A DNA stretch of 50,737 nucleotides from Candidatus Binatia bacterium (GTDB lineage Bacteria > Desulfobacterota > Binatia > UBA9968). Below are positions 1 through 8,636 of the stretch, one piece after another. The notes under the pieces were generated by a model. The model saw only the letters and a list, made by a program, of their open reading frames with translations. It made no database searches and had not been told where the DNA came from. The DNA lies in NCBI GenBank assembly GCA_036407055.1, contig DASWZY010000062.1, positions 1-50,737 of the forward strand, in the 5' to 3' direction. The position numbers and the translations under genes were made by a program. The first letter of the stretch is position 1. Every line of letters starts with the position of its first letter.

Positions 1-1407
1 TATTGCATGGGTCTCAAGTGCGCTCCGGACGAAGTCGCCGACCGCTGGCTCTACGCGATGGATCATCCGATCGCGCCGGAAATCGTCGGCTACGGCCCGG
101 TGATGGAAGAGATTCACTCCGGCACGGAGCTTTTGAGCAGAGGCGGCTTCCACGAATTTCCGATCCCGATCTCGACGCCGGGCTTCGACAACGGCCCCTA
201 CGTCACCGCGGGCCACTGGATTACCAAAGATCCCGAGACGAAAAAGCGCAACGTGGGCAACTACCGGGGGCTCATCAAGGGCGCGGGCTGGAGCGGCCTC
301 ATGTCGGGCACGCCGCAAGACCTCTCGCGCCACTGGGAGAAATGCCGCCAGCGCGGTGTTCCGCTGGAAGTCGCCGTCGCCGTCGGCACGGTTCCCGCGG
401 TTTCGTTCGCCGCGACACAGAAAGTTCCGCCGGAGATGGACGAGCTCGCGCTCGCTGGCGGCCTCATCGGCGCGCCGATTCAGCTGGTGAAATGCAAGAC
501 CGTCGATCTCGAGGTGCCGGCGACGGCGGAGATCGTGCTCGAAGGCATCATCCCTACGAAATACCTTGAAGAGGAAGGGCCGTTCGGCGAGTCGATGGGC
601 TACGTCGATCCGCGCACGCTGAGCAACGTCTTCGAGCTCACGGGCGTGATGCACCGGAAGAATCCCATCTGGGTCTCCATCATCAGCCAGGTGACGCCGA
701 GCGAGAGCTCGAAGATCAAGGCGATGGGAATGGCGACGCTGGTTCTCCGCTATATGAAGAACAAGGGCTTCGACAGCGTGCTCGAAGTCTCGCTGATGGA
801 GCCGCTGGTGAATCTCCGTCCGTACGTCGTGCTGCGGATGAAAAAACGCGACGATCAGGACCCGTGGAATGCGATGGACGCGCTGCTCGCCTACGGCGAC
901 CGGGTCGGCAAGCTCGTCATCGCGGTCGATGAAGACATCAACCCGCACGATCCCGTGGCGGTCACGTGGGCGATCACGCACCGCTCGCAGCCGCACAAGG
1001 ACATCAAAGTCGTGAAGGACCGCCCCTTCGGCGCGACGCCGATCGGCATGGTCGCGAAGCATCCGTCGAGCCGCTACGACAACATGGAATCGTCGCTCCT
1101 CATCGACGCCACGCGCAAAGCCGATTACCCGCCGCTCTCGCTGCCGAAAAAAGAATACATGGACAACGCGCGGGCGATCTGGGAAGAGCTCGGCCTCCCG
1201 AAGCTCGAGCCGCACGAGCCCTGGCACGGCTATTTTCTCGGGCTGTGGCCCGACGCGCTCGACGAGGAGGCTCGCCTCGCCGCCGCCGGCGACACCGACA
1301 AGGTCGGCGAGAAGCTCCGCGAGACGCGCGTGCCCGTCGGCGAAGGCGAGACGCTGGGCTCGATGCGCGCGAAATGGGGCAAGACGCACTCCGGTAGATC
1401 CGAATAA
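1..1407 (+). CDS. UbiD-family decarboxylase, 5' end cut by the window edge
   Basis: The frame is open from nt 1. The UbiD core motif EGPFGESMGY is present, and the overall length and pattern resemble the second UbiD ORF at 48423..50009. The stop overlaps the next start (TAATG at 1405-1409). Confidence 0.8.
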   Translation, partial: YCMGLKCAPDEVADRWLYAMDHPIAPEIVGYGPVMEEIHSGTELLSRGGFHEFPIPISTPGFDNGPYVTAGHWITKDPETKKRNVGNYRGLIKGAGWSGLMSGTPQDLSRHWEKCRQRGVPLEVAVAVGTVPAVSFAATQKVPPEMDELALAGGLIGAPIQLVKCKTVDLEVPATAEIVLEGIIPTKYLEEEGPFGESMGYVDPRTLSNVFELTGVMHRKNPIWVSIISQVTPSESSKIKAMGMATLVLRYMKNKGFDSVLEVSLMEPLVNLRPYVVLRMKKRDDQDPWNAMDALLAYGDRVGKLVIAVDEDINPHDPVAVTWAITHRSQPHKDIKVVKDRPFGATPIGMVAKHPSSRYDNMESSLLIDATRKADYPPLSLPKKEYMDNARAIWEELGLPKLEPHEPWHGYFLGLWPDALDEEARLAAAGDTDKVGEKLRETRVPVGEGETLGSMRAKWGKTHSGRSE

Positions 1408-1955
1408 TGAAGCGCCCCGTCACATTAATCGTCAACGGCGAGAGCTACGACATCGAGATCGAGCCGAACCGCCTCCTGCTGCACGCGATCCGCGAAGACG
1501 TCGGCCTTACGGGCACGAAGGAAGGCTGCAGCATCGGCGTCTGCGGCGCTTGCAGCGTGACCATCGACGGCAGGCTCGTGAGCTCGTGCCTGACGCTCGC
1601 GGCCGCCTGCGACGGCAAGCAGATCGAAACCATCGAAGGTCTCGCGAAAGACGGCGCGCTGCATCCGCTGCAGCAGGCGTTCGTGGAATACGGCGGTCTC
1701 CAGTGCGGCATCTGCACGCCGGGCCAGATCATCGCCGCCAAGGCGCTGCTCGACAGCAATCCCAATCCGACCGAAGACGAGATCAAGGAATGGATGGCGG
1801 GGAATCTCTGCCGCTGCACGGGCTATTATAAAATCATGGAATCGATTCTGGCCGTGATGCACGGCAAAGTCACGACCGCTCAACCCGCCCGAAAGCCCGC
1901 GCACGAGGCGAAGATCCAGAGTCTCGGCGTCTACAAACCGGTGTCGAAAACGTAA
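1407..1955 (+). CDS. (2Fe-2S)-binding small subunit of a xanthine dehydrogenase / aldehyde oxidase family molybdenum hydroxylase
   Basis: Two classic cluster motifs are present: GCSIGVCGACSV, and CGICTPG...CRCTGY. Size is 182 aa. It lies immediately upstream of the large subunit. Confidence 0.9.
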   Translation: MKRPVTLIVNGESYDIEIEPNRLLLHAIREDVGLTGTKEGCSIGVCGACSVTIDGRLVSSCLTLAAACDGKQIETIEGLAKDGALHPLQQAFVEYGGLQCGICTPGQIIAAKALLDSNPNPTEDEIKEWMAGNLCRCTGYYKIMESILAVMHGKVTTAQPARKPAHEAKIQSLGVYKPVSKT

Positions 1956-1956
1956 T

Positions 1957-4236
1957 ATGGCGAAGCAAAGCTTTTCCGTCGTCGGGCAGCGCGTGCAGCG
2001 CGTCGAAGGCTATGAAAAAGCGACCGGCGAGTCGCGCTACATCGCCGACATCGTCCTGCCGCGGATGCTCTACGGCAAAATTCTGCGCAGCCCGTTCGCG
2101 CACGCGCGCATCCGCGGCATCGACACGAGCAAGGCGGAGAAGCTCCGCGGCGTGCGCTGCGTCGTGACCGCAGAGGACACGCTCAAAAAACCCTGGGGCG
2201 CATTCTTCGCGGACCAGTATCCGCTGTCAGTCGGAAAAGTGCGCTACGTCGGCGAAGAGGTCGCAGCGGTCGCGGCGATCGACCGCGACACCGCCGAAGA
2301 GGCGCTCGATCTCATCGAGATCGATTGGGAAGAGCTGCCCGGCGTCTTCGATGCCGAGGAGGCGATGCAGCCCGGCGCGCCGCTCATCCACGAGGACAAG
2401 GAGAGCAACGTCGCGATGGTGATCGATGTCGAGCGCGGCAACGTCGAGCAGGCGTTCGCCGAGTCCGACGTCATCGTCGAGGACACCTTTCAGAGCGCGC
2501 CGCAGTGGCATTGCGCGATCGAGACGATCGGCAGCGTCGCCGACTACTCTCCCTCCGGCAAGTATACGGTCTACATGAACACGCAGACGCTGTTCAACGC
2601 GCGCTATCGCATCGCCGCCGCCATCGGCGTGCGCGAGACCGACGTGCGCATCATCCAGAGCGCGGTCGGCGGCGGCTTCGGCGGCAAATCTTGCGACGAC
2701 AACAACGCGATCGTCGCCGCGATCCTCTCGCGCAAGGCGGGCAAGCCGGTGAAGCTCGTGAACACGCGCGAGGAAGAATTCCTCGCCGGCAGCCGCCCGC
2801 GCGTCTTCATGAAGATCTACGTGAAGATGGGCTTCAAGAAGGACGGCCGCATCCGCGCCAAGCAGACGCGCGTCATCGCCGACAACGGCGCCTATTCCGC
2901 CAAGGCGCCGGCGATCACCGGCGTCGCGGCCCTGCGCCACGACACCTGCTACAAGTATTCCGACGTCAAGACGCAAGCCTATCTCGTCTATACGAACAAG
3001 ATCCCCACCGGCGCGTTCCGCGGCTTCGGCAATCCTTCTGCGGAATGGGCCGTCGAGCAGGCGATCGACGAGGCGGCGCACAAGCTCGGCATCGATCCGA
3101 TCGAGATCGCGCGAATGAACGCCGCCGAGCCAGGCTATGTCTCGCCGCACGGCAACCACGTCATCAGCTGCGAATTGAAGCAGTGCATCGACAAGGCCGG
3201 AGAGCTGATCGACTGGAAAAAGAAGCGCGCGGCCAAAAAGCCCAACACCGGGCTCGGGCTCGCGTGCACGGTCCACGTGAGCGGCAAGCGCCATTTCGGC
3301 GATTACGACGGCAGCTCTGCGACGATCAAACTAAACGAGGACGGCAAGGCGCTGATCTTGAGCGGCGAGGGCGAATCCGGCCAGGGGTGCTACACGACGA
3401 TGTGCGCGATCGCGGCGGAAGAATTGGGCATCCCGATCGAGGACGTCGAGATGTCGCACGCCGACACGGATCTGACGACCTTCTGCCTCGGCGCGTTCGC
3501 GAGCCGCCTTACTTATATCAGCGGCAACGCCGTGCGAGATGCGGCGTCCAAAGTCAAGCAGCAGCTGTTCGAGCAGGCGGCGGACATGCTGGAGGCGAAC
3601 CCGGCCGACCTCGTCGCGCGCGAGGGGAAGATTTTCGTCAAAGGCGCCGAGCAGAAATCGCTGCCGGTCGCCGACGTCGCGCGCGCGCGATTATTCCGCA
3701 ACGGCGGCGCGCCGATTGTGGCCTCGGGCAAATTCGACGCAGATTCCGTACTGCAGGACTCGACGCGCTACGGCAACGAATCCGGCGCGTACAACTACGG
3801 CTGCCAGGCGGTCGAGATCGAAGTCGACCGCGAGACCGGGCAGGTAAAAATCCTGCAATACGCCGCCGCTTCGGACTGCGGCACCGTCATCAACCCGATC
3901 GGCGCCGAGGGACAGGTCGAAGGCGCCGTATCACAGGGCATCGGCTACGCGCTGATCGAGGGGCTGCGCTTCGACGAAGGGCGCCCGGTGAATCCGAATT
4001 TTTCCGATTACCGGATTCCGTCGATGCGCGACATGCCGCCGCTCAAGCACGCGTTCGCCGATTCCTACGAGCCGACCGGTCCGTTCGGCGCGAAAGGACT
4101 CGGAGAGCTCGGCATGGACCCGACGGCGGCAGTGATCAGCAACGCGATCTTCGACGCGGTCGGCGTGCGCATCAATACGCTCCCGATCACGCCGGAGAAA
4201 GTGTTGAAAGGGCTCAAGGAGAAGGAAGGAAAATAG
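1957..4236 (+). CDS. Molybdopterin-binding large subunit, xanthine dehydrogenase family
   Basis: 759 aa. Motifs VGGGFGGKS, GAFRGFGNP and FGAKGLGE are typical of the family. There is no AYxCSFR signature of the CO-dehydrogenase type. Confidence 0.9.
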   Translation: MAKQSFSVVGQRVQRVEGYEKATGESRYIADIVLPRMLYGKILRSPFAHARIRGIDTSKAEKLRGVRCVVTAEDTLKKPWGAFFADQYPLSVGKVRYVGEEVAAVAAIDRDTAEEALDLIEIDWEELPGVFDAEEAMQPGAPLIHEDKESNVAMVIDVERGNVEQAFAESDVIVEDTFQSAPQWHCAIETIGSVADYSPSGKYTVYMNTQTLFNARYRIAAAIGVRETDVRIIQSAVGGGFGGKSCDDNNAIVAAILSRKAGKPVKLVNTREEEFLAGSRPRVFMKIYVKMGFKKDGRIRAKQTRVIADNGAYSAKAPAITGVAALRHDTCYKYSDVKTQAYLVYTNKIPTGAFRGFGNPSAEWAVEQAIDEAAHKLGIDPIEIARMNAAEPGYVSPHGNHVISCELKQCIDKAGELIDWKKKRAAKKPNTGLGLACTVHVSGKRHFGDYDGSSATIKLNEDGKALILSGEGESGQGCYTTMCAIAAEELGIPIEDVEMSHADTDLTTFCLGAFASRLTYISGNAVRDAASKVKQQLFEQAADMLEANPADLVAREGKIFVKGAEQKSLPVADVARARLFRNGGAPIVASGKFDADSVLQDSTRYGNESGAYNYGCQAVEIEVDRETGQVKILQYAAASDCGTVINPIGAEGQVEGAVSQGIGYALIEGLRFDEGRPVNPNFSDYRIPSMRDMPPLKHAFADSYEPTGPFGAKGLGELGMDPTAAVISNAIFDAVGVRINTLPITPEKVLKGLKEKEGK

Positions 4237-4308
4237 AATCTAGAATATGGAAGCTAGAATTAGGAGGTTCTATCCGACCACCTTCTAGATTCTAAATTCT
4301 AGATTCTA
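4234..4308. repeat. CTAG-rich palindromic repeat cluster between the large and medium subunit genes
   Basis: TAGAATCTAGAAT (4234-4246) is the perfect reverse complement of ATTCTAGATTCTA (4296-4308). TTCTAGATTCTA occurs twice in direct orientation (4283-4294 and 4297-4308). There are three TCTAGA sites and one GCTAGA site within 70 nt. Confidence 0.7.
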
Positions 4309-4325
4309 TCTTCAGCATCTTTCAA

Positions 4326-5207
4326 ATGATCCGATTCGATTATTTTGAGCCGCAGAGCATCGCTGAGGCTTGCGGTTTATTGGACAAGCACGGCGACGAG
4401 GCACGGCTCATCGCCGGCGGCACCGCGCTGCTCATCATGATGCGCCTGCGCGTATTAAATCCGCGCGTCGTGGTGAGCCTGGGCAAGGTGCCGGACTTCG
4501 ACGCGATCCGCTTCGACGCCAAAAACGGCCTCACGATCGGCGCCGGCGCGCGCCACCGCGACATCGAGCTTCACGCCACAGTGCGCGAGCACTATCCCCT
4601 GCTGCACGAGACTTTCCAGAAAGTCGCGCAGCCGCGCATCCGCAACATGGCGACGATCGGCGGCAATCTCTGTCAGGGCGATCCGCTGACCGATCCCGGC
4701 GCGAGTCTCATGGCGCTCGACGCGTCCGTCGTCCTCCGCTCTTCGAAGGGCGAGCGGACCATTCCGCTCGATGAATTTTTCATCGATTACTACCAGACCA
4801 CGGCGGAGCCCGGCGAGATCATGACGGAAATCCGCGTCCCGCCGCCGGTGAAGAACCTTCGCTGGGCGCACATCAAGTTTCTGCCGCGGAGCCTCGAGGA
4901 TTTCGCTACGATCGGCGTCGCGCTCGCGCTCCGCACGACCGGCGGCCGCTGCGAGGATATCCGTCTTGCGCTCAACTCCGCCGCGCCGACGATCTTCCGC
5001 GCGAAAAAGGCGGAGGCGATCCTGCGCGGCCAGAAAATCACCGACAAGCTCATCGCCGACATGGCGGAATCCGCCGCCGCCGACTGCGATCCGATCGACG
5101 ACAACCGCGGCTCGCCCGAGTACAAACGCGAAATGGTTAGAGTGCTGGTGCGGCGCGCGGCGGCCCAGGCGACCGCGTCGACTCCCGCCGGGAACGCCTT
5201 GACGTGA
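4326..5207 (+). CDS. FAD-binding medium subunit (CoxM-like) of a molybdenum hydroxylase
   Basis: 293 aa. The motifs AGGTALL..MRLR and ATIGGNL are typical of the FAD-binding molybdopterin dehydrogenase domain. It completes the small-large-medium gene order. Confidence 0.85.
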   Translation: MIRFDYFEPQSIAEACGLLDKHGDEARLIAGGTALLIMMRLRVLNPRVVVSLGKVPDFDAIRFDAKNGLTIGAGARHRDIELHATVREHYPLLHETFQKVAQPRIRNMATIGGNLCQGDPLTDPGASLMALDASVVLRSSKGERTIPLDEFFIDYYQTTAEPGEIMTEIRVPPPVKNLRWAHIKFLPRSLEDFATIGVALALRTTGGRCEDIRLALNSAAPTIFRAKKAEAILRGQKITDKLIADMAESAAADCDPIDDNRGSPEYKREMVRVLVRRAAAQATASTPAGNALT

Positions 5208-5216
5208 GCCGCCAGG

Positions 5217-6047
5217 ATGGCCAATCGCGCTGACGCTCCGCATGCCCTCGTCAATCCTCTACTTCTCAGACTAATCCGCACGGCGAGGTGGTTTCTCCCG
5301 CCGTCTGCGCGGGCAAATCTGCGGGATCAGCTTTTTCGCTGGCTCGATCTCAGATGGAATATAGCACCCGGCTTGTCCGCTCGCATTTCCAGTTACGGCG
5401 ATTGGCTCATCTACAATGAGATCTTCGTAGCGCGCGAGTACGACCGAGCGCTTGCCATAGCCCTGGACTTCGCCGCTCGCGAGAACTCTCCGATTCACAT
5501 TGTCGACTTCGGCGCGAACGTCGGCTTCTTCACCATGCGAGCCGTCCAGGAGCTTCGCCGGGCGGAGATGGCGGGCCGTGACTTCACGATCACCGCCGTC
5601 GAAGCGAATGCCGGTTGCGCCGAAGATTTCCGTACGCGAATCTTCGGCGAGAACGGTCTCTCGGATAGCGTTACGCTGGCGCAAGGTCTGATCGGCGAGC
5701 GCAGCGGCACGGCGCCGTTTTACGAAAACTCTTTATTCCAGCATGGCGGCTATCGGCGCGTCGATCTTTCGTATATCGATCTATCCGCGCTGCTGGCAGC
5801 GACGCCGCGCATCGACCTGCTCAAGTGCGATATCGAAGGGGCCGAACTGCTCTTGCTTGAGAACTACCCCGACTTGTTTCACAAAACCCGGGTGGCGATT
5901 TTTGAGTTCCATCCCTACCTCTGCGACGTCGAGCGCTGCCGCCGGCTGTTGGAAGAATACGGGCTCACGCGCCAGGAGATGTTTCGTACCTCACGCGACA
6001 CTTCCATTTACGCAGTCTGGCGTGAACCGGAAACGAGCGGTCGCTAG
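5217..6047 (+). CDS. FkbM-family SAM-dependent methyltransferase
   Basis: The VDFGANVGFFT glycine-rich SAM motif and the later CDIEGAE motif are characteristic of FkbM-type methyltransferases. Confidence 0.7.
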   Translation: MANRADAPHALVNPLLLRLIRTARWFLPPSARANLRDQLFRWLDLRWNIAPGLSARISSYGDWLIYNEIFVAREYDRALAIALDFAARENSPIHIVDFGANVGFFTMRAVQELRRAEMAGRDFTITAVEANAGCAEDFRTRIFGENGLSDSVTLAQGLIGERSGTAPFYENSLFQHGGYRRVDLSYIDLSALLAATPRIDLLKCDIEGAELLLLENYPDLFHKTRVAIFEFHPYLCDVERCRRLLEEYGLTRQEMFRTSRDTSIYAVWREPETSGR

Positions 6048-6067
6048 GCGCTCCGACACCAGCTTTC

Positions 6068-7249
6068 ATGAAGAGGATTCTGATTGTTCAACCCAGTCTT
6101 CAGCCTCCCGGCGGCGGCAATTGCGTCGCCGCGTGGATCCTCGAGGGATTGAAAGTCGAACACGCGGTCTCCGTGCTCACCTGGATACCGATCGATTCCG
6201 CCGAGATCAACCGCTATTTCGGAACGTCGCTCGGCGCGGCGGAATTCGAGAACATTCTGCCGAACACCGGCCTCCGCCGCTTACTCAATGCGCTTCCCCT
6301 TCCGCTCGGTCTTTTGAAAATGAATCTCCTCCTCAGACACACCAAGCGCATCGGCCGGGATTTCGATATTCTGATGACGATCAACAACGAAGCCGATTTC
6401 GGATCGCCCGGCATTCAATACGTGCATTTTCCCATGGCGTATTGGCCCCGGCCACCGGCCGATTTGCGCTGGTATCACGCGTGGCTGCCGCTGCTTAAAA
6501 CCTATTACCGATGTTGTTGGAAGCTTTCTGATTTCTCTTTGGAACGCCTCAAAGATAACGTCACGCTGGCGAACTCCGACTGGACCGCCGGCAAAATCAG
6601 GGAATTCCATGGCATTGACAGCATCACACTGTACCCGCCCATTACCGGCGGATTTCCCGAGGTGCCCTGGGCCGAGCGGGAAAACGGCTTCGTGTGCATC
6701 GGCAGATTCTCGCCGGAAAAGGATTTGGACAAAATCATCAATATCCTTGCCGCGGTGAAAGTCTCGAGGCCGCAAACGCATCTGCACCTGATCGGCGCCC
6801 GGGAGGCGCGCGCCCATTCCTATTACGCGCATGTTCGCCGTCGTGTCGCGGAAAACGCCTCTTGGATTGCGCTTCACGAAAATATGTCGCGGGCGGAGAT
6901 GGCGCAGCTGATCGCGCGCCATCGCTACGGCATACATGGGATGGCGGACGAGCATTTCGGCATGGCGGTCGCGGAAATGGTGCGCGGCGGATGCATCGTC
7001 TTCATCCCGCGCGGCGGCGGTCAGATCGAGATCGTCGGAGGCGACGAGCGCGTGCTCTACGGTACAAAGGAAGAGGCGGTCAAGAAAATCGCCGCAACGC
7101 TGGACGACGCCGATCGGCAGTTCGCGGTACGCAAACTCCTGCAAAAACGCGTTGCACAATTTTCTACAGAGCAGTTCATAGTGCAGTTGCGAGAGATCGT
7201 ACGTGATTTCGCGCGCGGCGACCCTGCTGTCGACAGCGCGTCGGCTTGA
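6068..7249 (+). CDS. Glycosyltransferase, GT4 / GT-B fold
   Basis: The C-terminal EHFGMAVAEMVRGGCIVFIPRGGGQIEIV matches the E-x7-E motif of retaining GT4 enzymes. Size is 393 aa. Confidence 0.8.
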   Translation: MKRILIVQPSLQPPGGGNCVAAWILEGLKVEHAVSVLTWIPIDSAEINRYFGTSLGAAEFENILPNTGLRRLLNALPLPLGLLKMNLLLRHTKRIGRDFDILMTINNEADFGSPGIQYVHFPMAYWPRPPADLRWYHAWLPLLKTYYRCCWKLSDFSLERLKDNVTLANSDWTAGKIREFHGIDSITLYPPITGGFPEVPWAERENGFVCIGRFSPEKDLDKIINILAAVKVSRPQTHLHLIGAREARAHSYYAHVRRRVAENASWIALHENMSRAEMAQLIARHRYGIHGMADEHFGMAVAEMVRGGCIVFIPRGGGQIEIVGGDERVLYGTKEEAVKKIAATLDDADRQFAVRKLLQKRVAQFSTEQFIVQLREIVRDFARGDPAVDSASA

Positions 7250-7282
7250 AGGGGCACCATCGCAAACCTCTGCCCCAATCGC

Positions 7283-7400
7283 TCAACGTCCGAGCGCATG
7301 CCGCAGCGTTTTCGACATCGGACGATGACGATGCGCTCGCCATGTCAGTACCATCCGGAGTTTCGCGGCAAGCCGCTCCATCGCGATGTGCGACTCAGAG
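7283..7400 (-). pseudogene. Decayed 3' remnant of a paralogue of the 8637..9545 glycosyltransferase
   Basis: Minus-strand translation gives ...PMSKTLRHALGR*, matching the C-terminus ...LLSKTLRHALGR* of the 8637..9545 protein. Nucleotide similarity continues upstream with indels and frame changes (SGWY versus PEWY). Confidence 0.5.
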
Positions 7401-7467
7401 TTGACGCTCCGGAATCCAACGGATATGGTCTCGGCGCGAGCGCTGCTAGGATTCGGTTGATTCTTGG

Positions 7468-8616
7468 ATGACGATTCCCAACTTTGCCGGCCAGTGGCAC
7501 ACGACGTTCGGGCCGATGGAGCTGACGCAGGACGGCGCTGACGTCAAAGGCCACTATAAATTTCAGGGCAACCGCTGCGCGATCGAGGGCACGATCGCCA
7601 GCGGACGCTTCCAATTCAGCTACCAAGAGCCGAACGTCGCCGGCGAAGGCTGGTTCGAGCTCCTGCGCTACGGAAAATTCTCCGGCCAATGGCGTCCGAA
7701 TAACTCCGCGAGCTGGTCTTCATGGACCGGCGAGCGGGAGTATGAAGGCATCTGGGAAAGCTCGTTCGGTCTGCTTCGGCTGATTCAAGAGTCGGACCGG
7801 GTATTCGGCTTTTACGAAGGCGCCGGCCCGGCGTCGCTCGAGGGCCGGATCGAGAACAACCGGTTCGTCTTTCGCTATCGCGAGGCGAAGACGCAAGGCG
7901 AAGGCTACTTCGAGCTCGCGCCCGACAATGCGCGCTTCGAGGGCCGCTGGCGTGCCGATCGCGAGCCCGAATGGTCGGTGTGGGACGGCCGCCGCCTGCC
8001 TCAGCTGCCGGGCGCCATGTGGCTCGTCGTGATCGAGGCTTACTGGCAGCGTTCGTACCTCGAACGCGAGTATGCCTTCGGCAACATGCTGCGCGAGTTT
8101 TTCACCCGTCTGCAGCACATCAACATCCGGCAACGCTTTTTCGAAGACGAGACCGGCCTCGAGCGATGGTGCCGCGAATTGATGTATATTCCCGATCCGG
8201 TCGCGGTGGTGATCGCCAGCCACGGCTCGTCGGAAGGCTTGACCGTCCAGGGAAAGCCGCTCGACACGGCGCGCCTGGTGGAAAGCCTGCGCTACGCCGA
8301 CAACGTCGTGCTGCTTCACTTCTCTTCATGCCTGATGCTCGAGGACGGCCCGACCGCCGGACTCGCGCGCGCGCTGCAGCAGGCCGTGCGGTTTCCGATC
8401 TCCGGCTACGACCGCAGCGTCGACTGGAGCGCGAGCGCACTGATCGAATTTCATTACCTCGACATGGTGCTCGGCCGCGGCCTGACTCCCGCCGACGCCG
8501 CCGAGCAGGTGAAGCGGCTGATTCGCTACGCCGGCGATGAAGGCGTGCCCGGCTCGCCGTATGCATCGGCCGGATTTCGCATTTACATGCCCACCGATAA
8601 GTCATCCGCTTCATAG
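7468..8616 (+). CDS. Hypothetical protein: two N-terminal ~85-aa repeats followed by a C-terminal CHAT/caspase-like His-Cys domain
   Basis: An internal duplication is visible: FAGQWHTTFGPMEL...GEGWFEL...GQWR...W..W.G.R versus YEGIWESSFGLLRL...GEGYFEL...GRWR...W..W.G.R. The C-terminal part has VAVVIASHG followed 37 aa later by VVLLHFSSC, then GYDRSVDW..A..FHYLD. This pattern resembles the caspase/CHAT dyad. Confidence 0.6.
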   Translation: MTIPNFAGQWHTTFGPMELTQDGADVKGHYKFQGNRCAIEGTIASGRFQFSYQEPNVAGEGWFELLRYGKFSGQWRPNNSASWSSWTGEREYEGIWESSFGLLRLIQESDRVFGFYEGAGPASLEGRIENNRFVFRYREAKTQGEGYFELAPDNARFEGRWRADREPEWSVWDGRRLPQLPGAMWLVVIEAYWQRSYLEREYAFGNMLREFFTRLQHINIRQRFFEDETGLERWCRELMYIPDPVAVVIASHGSSEGLTVQGKPLDTARLVESLRYADNVVLLHFSSCLMLEDGPTAGLARALQQAVRFPISGYDRSVDWSASALIEFHYLDMVLGRGLTPADAAEQVKRLIRYAGDEGVPGSPYASAGFRIYMPTDKSSAS

Positions 8617-8636
8617 CGCGCGCGACGGATGGCGAG

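Noticed and set aside
2325-4295. 656-aa Arg/Gly/Asp-rich ORF, and the similar long ORFs at 2227..3294(-), 4455..5243(-), 10067..12352(-), 10990..11946(+), 47314..48327(-), 48469..49326(-) and 48945..50159(+)
   Set aside because: They are out-of-frame or antisense shadows of well-supported genes in about 68% GC DNA. Their composition is low-complexity RRxR/GR-type and they contain no recognisable motifs.
4234-4308. CRISPR array or other spaced-repeat array
   Set aside because: There are only 12-13-nt palindromic units with irregular short spacing, and no regular repeat-spacer periodicity. No CRISPR-like array was seen anywhere in the window.
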